From a virus (Duplodnaviria; Caudoviricetes): a DNA stretch of 64,000 nucleotides. Positions 53,601 through 64,000 of the stretch are shown here, piece after piece. Below the pieces are notes generated by a model. That model was not told the DNA's origin. It was given only the letters and a program-made list of their open reading frames with translations, and made no database searches. Within the stretch, counting starts at the first letter, position 1; each line of letters opens with the position of its first letter. Made by a program: the position numbers and the translations under genes. The stretch lies in IMG/VR virus record IMGVR_UViG_3300033072_000728, positions 1 to 64,000 of that record, one strand, 5' to 3'.

Positions 53601-56600
53601 GGTTTTCAATGAAGGTTCAATCCAGTTTGCGTCAAGTTCAAATGCAACTTGCCAAGCATCATTTTCATATTCACTGATATTAGAACCAATTACAAAGCGT
53701 TTCCCATTGTGTTCAAACACTTGAGTGATATTAGAACAAGTTGAATTTTCAGGCCTGTCCCATGATCCTTCAGTGGTAGGCATAACTGAAGAAAGTAATT
53801 CGGAATCAGCAGTAATTGATGATACCAACCATCCTTCAGTAGATTTACAAATACTGGTTACACCAATATCAACTGAATCTGAAAGATCAATTGTTTTTGT
53901 CCAAGATACTTGTGGGATGGTTGAAACTAATAGCTGAGACTGTGAACCGTTATTTGCAATCACAAAAAGTCGATTAGAAGAACTGTCATACTCACAATCT
54001 ACCAAGTTTGTCTCAATCTGATCAAACTTGAAACTTTGGACTTTAATATCTAAACCAAGATCACTTGCAAATGGATTGCCAAGATAGGTTGGTTTTGAAT
54101 AACTAACACCCTTCATTAACTGTGACAAATCGTTTCCTGCCATTCCTGGTGTTGGTGCATAGTACGCAAAGATTCGATCAGTTGCATTTAGTCCAGCACT
54201 TCCACCAGTAATAGCTTCCCAATTATCGTAGTCGAAAATTGCATCATTGTTACTTGTCAAACACTTATACAACTTACCTTCATATGTGACTAAACTCTGA
54301 GAATAATTGGTAAACTCTCCGACATATCCTAGTACATCTGAACTGACCAATGAATACTCGAAATCAGAAACTACCCCCGCATTTGAAGGATATTTGAATA
54401 ACTCAATTTCAGTGTCAGAGATAACACTAACATAGTACGAAGAAACTTTGTTATTACAAAAACCAGTTGCGGTAAATGCTCCGATTCTACCCCCAGAAAA
54501 AGTGTATTCTACTTTAATTTGAATATCATTCTCTGGTGAAATGCCACCAACATCAGTGCCTAGAATAGTTAGGATTTGCCCAGCACGATAACCAGAACCT
54601 GCTTGTTCAACACCACTTGAATCAAACGCGAGTTCAACCGCATATTGTTGTTTCACTTGGTTAGATTCAAAAACAGGGGTGTAAACATTGAATTCTGCGC
54701 CTGAACCAAAGGCTGTAACTTGATGAGTAACATTCTCAAAAGATTCAGGTAATTGATAGAAATAGATTTTCTCGTTATCAATTTCAGCGGGGTTTAATCC
54801 ACCATTATATTCCACTGTCAGTTTAGTGGTTTGGGTTGAAGTTGTTGGTTGTGTTACCCCTGTTACAGAAATATGCCCCGCAGTAGTTGAGTTCTTTGCA
54901 AACCCACTCACACGAAGACTTACTTTTCCTGAACCATTGATACTCATTCCTGATACTGCACCAGTGCCTGAAACAACGCTTGAAATAACCAAAGTTGCAT
55001 CGTTGTCAGGTGCCAAACCACCCAAATCAGTGCCCAAAATAGTAAACGTATCACCTTCACTATATCCATTGCCACCTGACCATGCAGAATCTAACAAATA
55101 TGTGTTAGCTGGTGGAACATTTCTATCATACCGAGTAACATTTACCACAGCCCCTGAACCTGTACCAATAATGTTTGTTGGTACAATCGCAGAATAATCA
55201 ACTGTTTCTGAAGTTCCAATCTTTGCTGGAATACCCGTATAAGAATATGCTAGTATTGAACCTGAACTTGTTTCAGAATCAATGACCGTTATATCATCAA
55301 TTGAAATAACAACATCATTGATAACATTAGCCCCACCCAAAACTGAACCAGAAACTAATAACCGATCACCAATTTTATAACCAGTTCCTGAATTTGAAAC
55401 TGTTACCACATAGTTTTCAGTATTGACTCCACCATATTCGGTCGCATATACTTTAATTTGTAATCCAGAACCAGATGTTGGGGCATTTGGGTACAATGTG
55501 GGTTGGTCAAAAATAACTGAAGAAAATAAAGAACTTGATGAGCTTGCCATTGTTCCTAGTTTCTTCAACGTATTTTCTAATGAGCCAGCATAATATGCAC
55601 CCGATTCCCATTTACTAACTTTTGATGTGAAACTGGTTCTATCAAACCGTAACGTGGTTGCAAGTTTACGAACATTGTCAGCCTTACCTGAACAAATTGC
55701 AAAAGCACCTTGACTTAGAGTAAACCCGTTTGTCCCTGAAACGGAAATGAAATCAATTCGATGAATATCATTTTTGGCATCTTGTTCCCAAACATAAAGT
55801 GCAACGTCTTGGGTGTAAGTGGAATCATTCAAAGAGGATGAAACCACACCCAACCAATAATGCTGTCCAGAAACTAGACCATTTATTGAAGATAACCCGT
55901 TTGTAGTATATTTGATTAAATCACCTGTTTCAAACGGGGTTGCAGTAAACACTCGAATGGTTTTTGCTGAAAGATTTACATAACCAGAAGTAAATGAAAC
56001 ACTGAATGCTGGATCGATATTGACAACAGGCAATGAACGAATTCCAACACCTTGTCCAGAAACTGTGATACCAACGACTCCACCATTTGCCAAATATGCT
56101 TTGCAATAATATGGCTTAGATGGTTGAATTGTTTGCGAAGGATATGACAGTTTAACCTTTGGGGTTGAAGTATATCCTCTGCCTGAATTCATGACCATGA
56201 TTGCTGGCATTGAGAAAAGAATTTCAGAATTTGCAGCATGGGATGTTATGTTTGTATCATTTGCACCACGGCTTAATCCATAAACAATACCATTAACACG
56301 ATCAACAGATGTGTAAGTTATTTGTTCAGAATCAATTAGAAGTGTTCCAGATACAGGTAATCCATTTGCGTTATCAACGTATAACTCAGTATCTTTGGTT
56401 CCGATGTATTTGACCAAGAATGAGATTGATTGCCAGCCTAGATTCTTCAATTTCAAATCATAATTTTCACTCCAATTTGTGTATTCAAAATTGCCCCACA
56501 TAGAATCGGTATACATTTTTTGAGTATACGGATCACTAATATCAGACTCACTGAAAACAATCTGGGGTGAAATATAACTTTGTGTTTCGTCATTAAACTG

Positions 56601-59600
56601 AGCTGGAATATCAAAATCAGTGGTGGTAGATTGATAAACCACATTTCCAGAATACTTGAACTCAAAGTCTTTGATAACACAGTGGTATGGTTTAACTTCG
56701 TTGATATAACCTTCTAAGAAAGTTTGGTTATCTTTCTGATACTTTGGAAGTTTTTCCAAAGAACCAGCAGAATATACCACATCGATTAAACTTGTCTTGA
56801 ATAACCAAGGAATGTAGTTTCCTAGTTCTTTGGCTTCACTGTTTGCATAATTGAATATAACTTGAAGTAGATTATTTCTTTCAAATTCAAGATCATCTGT
56901 CAGAATTTCTTCAATAAGACTTCGGACAATATATCGAGTTTCTTCCCCAGGGAATGAGTCAAATGCATCACCAAACACATCAGAGCCATACCCAGATTTT
57001 GAATATAGTGATTCATTGATTTTGAATGTTCCGTTTGTTAGACCAATTCTCTCCCACGAATCATTTTCGTACAACCAATACTCGGATTGCCCTTCACTGT
57101 TTTGTAATACCTTGGCAATCATTCCATCAAACTTGTTTTTAACCTTTGCTAGATTTTCAAACCGTTTAACTTGAACATTGGTTTTGGTAGTTTGTGAATA
57201 ACCAGTTTGCCACCAATCAGTATATGTCCAATAATCTGTAGTATTGAATGAAACTGAAGCATCGCCTGTATCATCATTGGTGATTGTTTCACCTTGTTTG
57301 AATAACAATGTTGGGTTTCTTGTTTCAACCAATGGATATTGTACCATTACGTTGTTTGCAAATTCAATGATGTTTGCAAGTGCTGCATTGCGATCAATGA
57401 ACATGCTTTGACGTGGGCGGAAACTTACCCCATATTGTTGCTTGCGTGGCAAATATGAGTCTGGGACTAGATTTCCAACGGAGTCAATACCACTGATACT
57501 GTCAATGAATTTCAGATATAACCCTGAAAGAGTTTCCGACACTTTAGCTGGAATTCCATCAAAGAACTCTGACATAGAGTCATCATTTGAAGTCTTGATG
57601 ATTTTGTATTCATCAAACTTCTGAGAATCAGTGTTTGACTTGAAATTAACTCTTATGGTTACTGAATCAGTATTGAATAATCCCGCCAAGTTATACACTG
57701 CAAAAGAATGTTCATTCAAGAAAGCAATGAATGGAATACCTGACTTAACAGGATTAGAAATATACTCAGAAACAACAGAATCACTCAGGGAATGGTTAAA
57801 ATCAATTGAGTTATTATTTTCAACCCAGAAGTAATAATACTGTGTAGAGTTGCCCACTTTGTTACCAATAACGTAATTGGATGCAGGTTTACCTTGTCCA
57901 ACATATTGATCGGGTGGAGTTAAACTCTTAACCCAAGTTGAAACCTTTACGTTTGAATTGGGAACCGTGGTGCCCCATTGTTCACTTGCAAATTTCAAAT
58001 CGGGCGAATAGTAATTGACATAACGGAGTTTCGACGTATCAACCCATATTTGACCAACTTGGTTATCGCCCCAGATAATGCTTGAATTATCATAACCAGC
58101 GGGATCAAAGTCGCACATATAATCAATGTTAGACTTTACTTGACTTAATAACAGCCCTGCCACTGGATCAAAAACATCAAGTTCAGTAATAACTTCAGAG
58201 GTTTCTGGGTTTACTAATTCCACGCTACTGATATTTGAGTAATCAATTTGCTTGGTTTCTTGTTGAATTGTAGTCCAACCTGTCAAACCTTCTGACTTGA
58301 ATTGACATAGTAAACCATTTCCGTTTGATGTAGAAACATTCTTAACACCGACTAGAATTTGATCTTTGGTTGCACTTGACGTATTCCCAAATTTTGAATC
58401 TGATTTAGTGATACTAGAATCGTACAGTGCTTGAGAAAACTGATACCAATCCGAATCTACTTTGTCATAAACAAATACTTGTCCAATGTTCTTTACTTGG
58501 TCAATGAATGTGGTTGCATTTTGATCAAATACACAGTCGTTGAATTCAAGATCATCGACCCAATCAAATTCAACTGGTTTTAATGCGGTTGAATTGGGGG
58601 CAGATACCACAATAGAATTCCCAACATCAATGATATTAAAACCAAACCCTGTATCAAGATCGTATGGGATAGGGTTCTTTAGAGTTTGATACAATTGATA
58701 TTGGTCATACTCAAGATATTTGTCTTCCACATTGGCAGCAAACATTTTAACACTTAGGGTTGAACCAGAACTTGAAATGGTTACTGTGCTTGAATCTTTG
58801 ACCAAAGCTGTAATGTGTTGAATATATGCTTGGTTAATCAGTAAAGCTAGTTGCGCAGCAGACACGTTTGATGGCACCTGAACCACAACATTGTTGATTA
58901 CAACATTGAAAGCGTCATTTCCAGAGACGATAACAACATCCAAAATTTTGTTTGTTCGTGCCACGTCAATGTAGCGTTGAACTTCACCTGAAGTAGTGGC
59001 GTCAATTGGCTTTCCAGGTGCTCCAATAAACAAATCAGTAGAAGCAGCACCTAAACAAACACTTTGACCAAAACGCTGGCCCACTGTGCTTTCATTCGTT
59101 GAAACAATGGTTTGCGCAAGACTAATCTTCCCACCAATCACTTCAATTTGATCACCAACCACGGTATTTTCAACAACTAATTGATCAGAAGAAATAATTG
59201 AAAACTGTGATTTTTTCAGTTCAACGCCATTCAAATATACAAGTGGAATTGCACTAGGAGTCCAACCAATACTAGCTTGGAATTTACCCGATGATTTCAC
59301 ATTGAATAGGCGACGGATATTAGAATAGACAAATACCTTACCAACATTTGAATGGAATGAATCTTGATCCCATTTACTTGCGCCAACGATAATGTCTTCA
59401 CCGTTGTTTGAAATATCCACTACTTCACCAAAACCTTGAATGGTATTGGAAATTGTAGATTGAATAGTGTAGTCAGTCTCTGCAACATAGATTTCACCAA
59501 GGTTGACAAAATCTCGTTCTAATTGGTCAAGCAATCTAACAGTGGTAACTCCACTAGCAAATGAACTTGAAACCACTGGATAAGTTTTTGAACCTTCGTC

Positions 59601-62600
59601 TGCTGAGAAAGAAACCAATACCCCAGCGTTAATTTGCGACGTTACATCACCCACTAACTTCAGTTGTTTGTTTCCAGGTTTAGGAGAAACACTGAAAGAG
59701 GTCGAAACTAGAGATCGGGTGAAGTCTTGATACTTGCTCAGAACAACAACTTTACCTTCAGCTTCACATCCAATCACTAACCATTTCTCATCATCGGAAA
59801 TTGCAATCGATGATGGGGTGTATGTTAATTGAATGGTTTGGGTTTTTTCAGGAATTACAATTTGTGCGCTTGGGTGAATATGATAGACATAAACCCGTTT
59901 GTTTGTTGGATCGGTGACAAATAGTGTTCCAGATTCAGTGATTAATAGATTTGATCCGAATGAATTAACTAATCCCGTTAACTTTGAAACATACAACCCG
60001 TTTGCAGTATAACGATATACTTGACCGAGCGAAACATCACTTACGAAAATAGAAGTAGAATTATGGGTTACTGCACTTGCAAAGTTTTCAGAGTTCTTAA
60101 CAGTTGGAACATAAGAAACATTCTCAGTATCATAACGGTTTTGTTTTTCTACTACTTTCTGTGGTTCACCGAACCTATCAATCCAGATTCTTGCTTTTTG
60201 TAAGAAGTTCGGATTAAGTGTCAAGTCTTTAACTTGTGATGTGTACTTCACCGATTCAAGTTTCATACACACAAGATTCAAGTTTTGAACTGTGGTATTA
60301 GAACTAATTGGTTTAAGAGCCTTTAGTTTTACTTGAAGTCCAGAAGTGCGAACAACTTGAAACACATTAGAAGTAACTTCAGGGATATTTGCATCCTGTG
60401 TAACATCTGCCAATAATACAAAATCACCTTTACTAAGGGTTGACTGATATGAAACATTAAACAGAATGGTTACTTCGTTGGTTGCCTTGTTGGCGCTCAA
60501 CTGGTTAACTGCAATATCACCTTCAATATCTTGATTGACGTTTGAAATTGCAACAGGAACAAATACATCCCATTCTTGTGCTGCATCAAAACGCTGTGCA
60601 ACCCAGATGTATTCATATTGGTAAACTTTCGACCAATCAAAATTATCAGTCAACGAGTATAGTTTATGAGCAATACTATCAAAATCAGTAACAAGTCCAG
60701 AGTGTTTTAACACTTCTGTTTTTGTTTCTTTTGTCTTGAATTGATTTGGTGAAGTAATCAGTAAATCTCGACAGTTGATATTCAAGTCAGCCGCATCTTC
60801 TGGAAACTTGTTGAACAAACTAACAACAATGGGTGAATGAGTGAACAATGATTTGTCAAGACTGAATTCTAATTCAGAAACTTGATCACATGCTCCAAAC
60901 TCGGCTTGTTTAATAGCCCAATTTTCATTCATGCTGTAATCAATTTGACCCCGTAGAAGTTTTGTATTCTTGAACAGATCAATCGCATTTGATGTGCCTT
61001 TTGATGCAATCATATTCTTGAAAACATTAACTTGAGTAATATCGTCAAGATCGGCACTTGCCATATAATCACGCGGAACATAACCAATCAAATTGAAGGC
61101 TAGTTTGTCACTGGAGTTTTCTAGGTTGGTTCGATCAGAATCATAATACCGTAAACTTTCAATTGATCGAGTGGTAGAGTTTGCTAGCAGTCCTTTCTGA
61201 ATATCACCGTACTCTGTGCGAGTCCATTTTCTAAAATCAAACTCAGATGATGGATAGATGATTTCATTAGCAGTCCAATAGTTTGATTGGTACTTAACAA
61301 TCGACCCAGCACCATACTGAACATTTTGATCCCATTCAGAAACATTATCTTGATTCAAAATGAACCCAGATGTATCTAACCAACCACTCCATTCTGCTGT
61401 TTTGGTGATCGAAGCAATCAGTTTTTGTTGTCTTACACCATTTTCATTTTTATTGATTATGTCGCCAAAATCTGTTTCATTGTCAAAAACAACCGCATGT
61501 TCAATAGAACTCAGTTCAAATTTGGCAAAAGAAATAACGTCAGTTGGGTTTAGTGGTTCAACTTGGAATTTGTGATTATCACGATGGACACACAAATCTT
61601 TAACGGCAATCGGCAATGCATTTTGATTCAATACAAAATTCTTGCCAATAATTTGCATGGGTTGAACAATCAATGATGGATGTTCAATCGTGAATCTATT
61701 AGCACATGGATTTAATTGAATAACTGCGCCAGATGCCCAATTAGTTTGTGACCAAATCATGAATTCATTGATCATGGTTTTCCAGGTAATCTGGTTTCCA
61801 TTTTCAATAGAATCAAAAACAACCCCACTTGCTTCTAATAATCGACCATAGTTGATTAGGAATTCACACACTGATTCAACCGAACCGAACTCAGTTCCGT
61901 AAGCAATGCTTTGGATTTTATCAGTGGTGAAATTCTGTGAGATTTTAATGGTTTGATCATTATTGGTTATGAACTCGTAGAATCCATTATCAAACCCTGT
62001 TGCAGTTTTGAAACTTGCTTCATACTGGCTATTTCCCCAAACTTTGAAACCTGAAGCAGTGCGTTGAACAATCACTGAGCTATAAGTTATGGTTTGTTGA
62101 ACTGGATTGTTATAGAGAATCAAAGAATAGTTTTCATCTGGAATTAACAACGATGAGCCACTATTATTCAAGCTAGATTTCTCTACCCAAAATTTCAGCA
62201 TTGATTTATCGCTGAACCCTGCCAGTTTGTGGCTTAACCGAACATCCAAATTGTCAACAATATCTTTGAATGTAGTGGTTGTGTCAATGCCGTATTGTTT
62301 TGCATAATCAATTAACCAACAAATAAACCCACGTTGAGGTTCACCAGTTGCACCATATTTGATGGTTTGTTGGTTTGACAATTCACGAAGTTGTGAGTGT
62401 GAGAAAACCCATTGCCCAACTTCAACTGAATCAAAGTGATAGGCGTCAACATCAAACGCATACGCAAAGAACTTGGCTGGACGAAGTTTAACCATGATTT
62501 TTGCAAGGTCAAACTTGAAGCTAGAACTATTCAGATATGCATATTCTGCTGGCCCAAAATCACCAATTTCCCATTGTTTCTGAGTTTTGTTAATGTCATA

Positions 62601-64000
62601 CCGCATAATGACGCATTCAATAGGACTCAGTAATGCACCTGTATTAGAAACAGGAATAATAGAACTTAATCCAGGGCGTGCATAGATTGTGCGAGTTGTA
62701 GGAGAACCATTGTTGTAATCATACCCATTTTCCAAATCAGTCCAAAGTAGATCATTGGTGCGAGTATATGGCGCAACACCATAACGCTCATCAAACCACG
62801 TAGGTTTGTCAAGATAACCTAACATTCTCCAAGGAGTTTCTGCTGGGTTAATACAGTCGTAATACCAAAGATAGATTCCTTTCCAGTTACCTTGGTTAAT
62901 GGTGTTTCCAAACTTGTCAACACTGTTTCTATAATTCCAAGTAAACGGATTGGTTTTGCTGTAGTATTGTGTTTGAAAATCAATACGATACTTGCCAGCC
63001 CAATTTACAAAATGGTTTTTATATTCTTGGAAAAAGGTTTGACGAATTGAATCATTCGTTCTGAAATATCCTGGCATGAGTTCGCTAAGTTTTGACAATA
63101 CTGGTGTTTTTGTAGTTTGAATTTGATTGAATACTCGTTTTTCAAACTCAAATAAACATTCATCACGAATGTCGGTAAACTCACCATCGATAACATCGCC
63201 GTACAGTCTTGATTTTGAACCATCGTGGCCTACCATAACCCAAGTTGGAACAAGATAGGTTGAATCTTGGAATACTTGTGGCTTAAAGTGTTCAACGATA
63301 CCAATTTTACTTGGAGTCATTGGAACATAGTTTGCATAAACCTTTGAATACTCATTCACTTCAATCACGTCACCCTCTAGTAACTGTTTCGTGATAGTTA
63401 CAATGGCGGATGCAGGGCTGGTGATATATTCATGGTCTTTTAGTAGTAGAGTTTTCTCGATGATTCCAGTTTCAGTATTTTCACGATACAAATAAACCAA
63501 AACACCTGAATAAGTTTCTCCACTTGAATAACTTACCACTGACTGTAATGGATATTCCACATTGGTTACTTCAGCATTTACTTGATACTGATTTGAAACC
63601 ACTGGCGTATCACATGCCATCATACTTGACCAAAAGAAAGGACTAGAATCAGATTTAACAGAAGTAATTTGACTGAAAATTAGATCAAGTTTTTCATCGG
63701 TGTGGGTGGTATTAGAGAAGTCGGAACGGGTTGCAAGGTCGGCAATAATGGCTTTAATCTTTTCATATTCGACCGAAGAATGTTCAATAGAATCGATGAT
63801 ATTGACTGGAGATGCACGCAAGAATGCACCAGTATTAACCAACGATGCAGCGTGTTGAATGAATTTTGAACCATACTTCGTTAGATCACCTTTGTTCACA
63901 AAATCATTTGAACCAAATACTGAACCAGTTAGCTTCGCATTTTCAAAAATGGTCTGATAATGCCCCTTCATATCACTCATTGTCAACTCAGAAGGCGCGA
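50619..64000 (-). CDS. Giant virion protein (>4455 aa), baseplate wedge/tail-fibre-like; 5' end beyond window
   Basis: Uninterrupted frame that stays open to base 64000; beta-propeller-like repeats (FG..V, SxDGxTW), three G.GY..GD....G..LGG repeats, followed by baseplate genes. Confidence 0.88.
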   Translation of the reverse strand, partial: APSELTMSDMKGHYQTIFENAKLTGSVFGSNDFVNKGDLTKYGSKFIQHAASLVNTGAFLRASPVNIIDSIEHSSVEYEKIKAIIADLATRSDFSNTTHTDEKLDLIFSQITSVKSDSSPFFWSSMMACDTPVVSNQYQVNAEVTNVEYPLQSVVSYSSGETYSGVLVYLYRENTETGIIEKTLLLKDHEYITSPASAIVTITKQLLEGDVIEVNEYSKVYANYVPMTPSKIGIVEHFKPQVFQDSTYLVPTWVMVGHDGSKSRLYGDVIDGEFTDIRDECLFEFEKRVFNQIQTTKTPVLSKLSELMPGYFRTNDSIRQTFFQEYKNHFVNWAGKYRIDFQTQYYSKTNPFTWNYRNSVDKFGNTINQGNWKGIYLWYYDCINPAETPWRMLGYLDKPTWFDERYGVAPYTRTNDLLWTDLENGYDYNNGSPTTRTIYARPGLSSIIPVSNTGALLSPIECVIMRYDINKTQKQWEIGDFGPAEYAYLNSSSFKFDLAKIMVKLRPAKFFAYAFDVDAYHFDSVEVGQWVFSHSQLRELSNQQTIKYGATGEPQRGFICWLIDYAKQYGIDTTTTFKDIVDNLDVRLSHKLAGFSDKSMLKFWVEKSSLNNSGSSLLIPDENYSLILYNNPVQQTITYSSVIVQRTASGFKVWGNSQYEASFKTATGFDNGFYEFITNNDQTIKISQNFTTDKIQSIAYGTEFGSVESVCEFLINYGRLLEASGVVFDSIENGNQITWKTMINEFMIWSQTNWASGAVIQLNPCANRFTIEHPSLIVQPMQIIGKNFVLNQNALPIAVKDLCVHRDNHKFQVEPLNPTDVISFAKFELSSIEHAVVFDNETDFGDIINKNENGVRQQKLIASITKTAEWSGWLDTSGFILNQDNVSEWDQNVQYGAGSIVKYQSNYWTANEIIYPSSEFDFRKWTRTEYGDIQKGLLANSTTRSIESLRYYDSDRTNLENSSDKLAFNLIGYVPRDYMASADLDDITQVNVFKNMIASKGTSNAIDLFKNTKLLRGQIDYSMNENWAIKQAEFGACDQVSELEFSLDKSLFTHSPIVVSLFNKFPEDAADLNINCRDLLITSPNQFKTKETKTEVLKHSGLVTDFDSIAHKLYSLTDNFDWSKVYQYEYIWVAQRFDAAQEWDVFVPVAISNVNQDIEGDIAVNQLSANKATNEVTILFNVSYQSTLSKGDFVLLADVTQDANIPEVTSNVFQVVRTSGLQVKLKALKPISSNTTVQNLNLVCMKLESVKYTSQVKDLTLNPNFLQKARIWIDRFGEPQKVVEKQNRYDTENVSYVPTVKNSENFASAVTHNSTSIFVSDVSLGQVYRYTANGLYVSKLTGLVNSFGSNLLITESGTLFVTDPTNKRVYVYHIHPSAQIVIPEKTQTIQLTYTPSSIAISDDEKWLVIGCEAEGKVVVLSKYQDFTRSLVSTSFSVSPKPGNKQLKLVGDVTSQINAGVLVSFSADEGSKTYPVVSSSFASGVTTVRLLDQLERDFVNLGEIYVAETDYTIQSTISNTIQGFGEVVDISNNGEDIIVGASKWDQDSFHSNVGKVFVYSNIRRLFNVKSSGKFQASIGWTPSAIPLVYLNGVELKKSQFSIISSDQLVVENTVVGDQIEVIGGKISLAQTIVSTNESTVGQRFGQSVCLGAASTDLFIGAPGKPIDATTSGEVQRYIDVARTNKILDVVIVSGNDAFNVVINNVVVQVPSNVSAAQLALLINQAYIQHITALVKDSSTVTISSSGSTLSVKMFAANVEDKYLEYDQYQLYQTLKNPIPYDLDTGFGFNIIDVGNSIVVSAPNSTALKPVEFDWVDDLEFNDCVFDQNATTFIDQVKNIGQVFVYDKVDSDWYQFSQALYDSSITKSDSKFGNTSSATKDQILVGVKNVSTSNGNGLLCQFKSEGLTGWTTIQQETKQIDYSNISSVELVNPETSEVITELDVFDPVAGLLLSQVKSNIDYMCDFDPAGYDNSSIIWGDNQVGQIWVDTSKLRYVNYYSPDLKFASEQWGTTVPNSNVKVSTWVKSLTPPDQYVGQGKPASNYVIGNKVGNSTQYYYFWVENNNSIDFNHSLSDSVVSEYISNPVKSGIPFIAFLNEHSFAVYNLAGLFNTDSVTIRVNFKSNTDSQKFDEYKIIKTSNDDSMSEFFDGIPAKVSETLSGLYLKFIDSISGIDSVGNLVPDSYLPRKQQYGVSFRPRQSMFIDRNAALANIIEFANNVMVQYPLVETRNPTLLFKQGETITNDDTGDASVSFNTTDYWTYTDWWQTGYSQTTKTNVQVKRFENLAKVKNKFDGMIAKVLQNSEGQSEYWLYENDSWERIGLTNGTFKINESLYSKSGYGSDVFGDAFDSFPGEETRYIVRSLIEEILTDDLEFERNNLLQVIFNYANSEAKELGNYIPWLFKTSLIDVVYSAGSLEKLPKYQKDNQTFLEGYINEVKPYHCVIKDFEFKYSGNVVYQSTTTDFDIPAQFNDETQSYISPQIVFSESDISDPYTQKMYTDSMWGNFEYTNWSENYDLKLKNLGWQSISFLVKYIGTKDTELYVDNANGLPVSGTLLIDSEQITYTSVDRVNGIVYGLSRGANDTNITSHAANSEILFSMPAIMVMNSGRGYTSTPKVKLSYPSQTIQPSKPYYCKAYLANGGVVGITVSGQGVGIRSLPVVNIDPAFSVSFTSGYVNLSAKTIRVFTATPFETGDLIKYTTNGLSSINGLVSGQHYWLGVVSSSLNDSTYTQDVALYVWEQDAKNDIHRIDFISVSGTNGFTLSQGAFAICSGKADNVRKLATTLRFDRTSFTSKVSKWESGAYYAGSLENTLKKLGTMASSSSSLFSSVIFDQPTLYPNAPTSGSGLQIKVYATEYGGVNTENYVVTVSNSGTGYKIGDRLLVSGSVLGGANVINDVVISIDDITVIDSETSSGSILAYSYTGIPAKIGTSETVDYSAIVPTNIIGTGSGAVVNVTRYDRNVPPANTYLLDSAWSGGNGYSEGDTFTILGTDLGGLAPDNDATLVISSVVSGTGAVSGMSINGSGKVSLRVSGFAKNSTTAGHISVTGVTQPTTSTQTTKLTVEYNGGLNPAEIDNEKIYFYQLPESFENVTHQVTAFGSGAEFNVYTPVFESNQVKQQYAVELAFDSSGVEQAGSGYRAGQILTILGTDVGGISPENDIQIKVEYTFSGGRIGAFTATGFCNNKVSSYYVSVISDTEIELFKYPSNAGVVSDFEYSLVSSDVLGYVGEFTNYSQSLVTYEGKLYKCLTSNNDAIFDYDNWEAITGGSAGLNATDRIFAYYAPTPGMAGNDLSQLMKGVSYSKPTYLGNPFASDLGLDIKVQSFKFDQIETNLVDCEYDSSSNRLFVIANNGSQSQLLVSTIPQVSWTKTIDLSDSVDIGVTSICKSTEGWLVSSITADSELLSSVMPTTEGSWDRPENSTCSNITQVFEHNGKRFVIGSNISEYENDAWQVAFELDANWIEPSLKTIEWISIVGGFEGYLVTGTAKLLSQADETSFPSDQAVVIVGTIDPESNLTIWQQLDSSLLGQETIFDFTVFANKIVACSSNGYIWTSTHPQIWEKVQIIPNTDLVSIASSGTSCVVVGSEGTMFVSSDLNTWTQITSLTTSNLTKVKYFDSITTWVAIGDDKTILISADGVTWNNETKIINNKSAYSLVGESFEAGYSPEEMVSGIVKESISITVDSTPSGDFGGYHSVYKANGFKKVSFRPSIFENKVSFANQVTCPMLLQVYSENTETNFATLLDTSKYTIDWRNQTITFTTGVFDGMTTIPIVEVFESGGGNQIFKANTLMLPVSIGNEIRVPIQASRVIDCIHPVFRNGVEQVQGTDYELVFTDDGYCKLVFSVAGDPNVDYVAFAIMGKPSADVAEFVTTNVAPQSFTLTHGLKQFFTSTWGQVFLQNLDTEQWVETTEWTVLNGVVTITDTSVVENQNVRIKLKDFGVPEIVTSSSNIITLPNSVAQHASYDSLVVKVDGVETSDFTLTNRTSLTVNAFGTQYKVYLRLYSLAEPHEFVATSGQTTFEFGYSISSDHADNAIVCKNGLRLYSTEYTISSGSLVLSSGCSNGDMVTLTTFDNIKNQQLTTLETMSARVVPILRVIATDSGVSLEVEKTAHTFSVNDIVLIDGFGSNGIGLNGNEYKISSITTSLGDSSLDTITILTNSDVGHVSVDSNGIVTGASGGFMWLNNLFSFENETVINPSRLWVTLNGYRLFEPNIKVYSGNRIGILTEIVTGDHVIITKASARECPDSVKFRTVVDAMANEVTYRVPSSTQTWVYSDVDIDANEIQVFDVTRLVKPSVFEKTYSGNIELPEVNRTQIVGVQVFNRSTGKWISDDALSLKLIQLMPTIMIASSEVSSGDSLVVYAYEGNYVLVNGEMIRFSNINFTTNTISGLTRGTNCTPIREAIAARSLIYGILDSNKLDPSYNSVTWNTAILDNVDNYGFKMSDPLQLLETYPAMFLTNK

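Noticed and set aside
48651-63874. Many 60-120 aa alternate-frame and antisense ORFs inside the structural genes
   Set aside because: Shadows of long conserved-looking frames with no independent signals

Overview
AT-rich segment of a jumbo tailed phage (T4-like/RaK2-XacN1-type gene content; this placement is inference), coded almost entirely on the minus strand. Left end: late virion-type genes, a DnaB/gp41-like helicase with a 138-aa mini-intein in its Walker A motif, a primase and a 203-aa miniature DnaE-like polymerase. Middle (7.3-32.3 kb): two long accessory arrays of translationally coupled small genes. About 20 share a C-terminal 'FLL(Q/K)CK(Y/F)P' motif and about 39 share an N-terminal 'MIKP.I' motif; many copies are broken by stops or 1-nt indels. 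A clamp-loader small subunit and a DEDDh exoribonuclease sit inside these arrays. 32-43 kb: TROVE/vWA protein, stand-alone TOPRIM protein, Pth2, GNAT-like protein, three tRNA or tRNA-like genes (one lacking a D-arm) and repeated sigma70-type early promoters. 44.1-45.3 kb: a hairpin-rich, apparently non-coding unit between a late promoter and a terminator (candidate large ncRNA). Right end: baseplate/tail-type structural genes and a >4455-aa giant virion protein truncated by the window edge. All calls are by eye from the sequence and ORF track; no searches were run.
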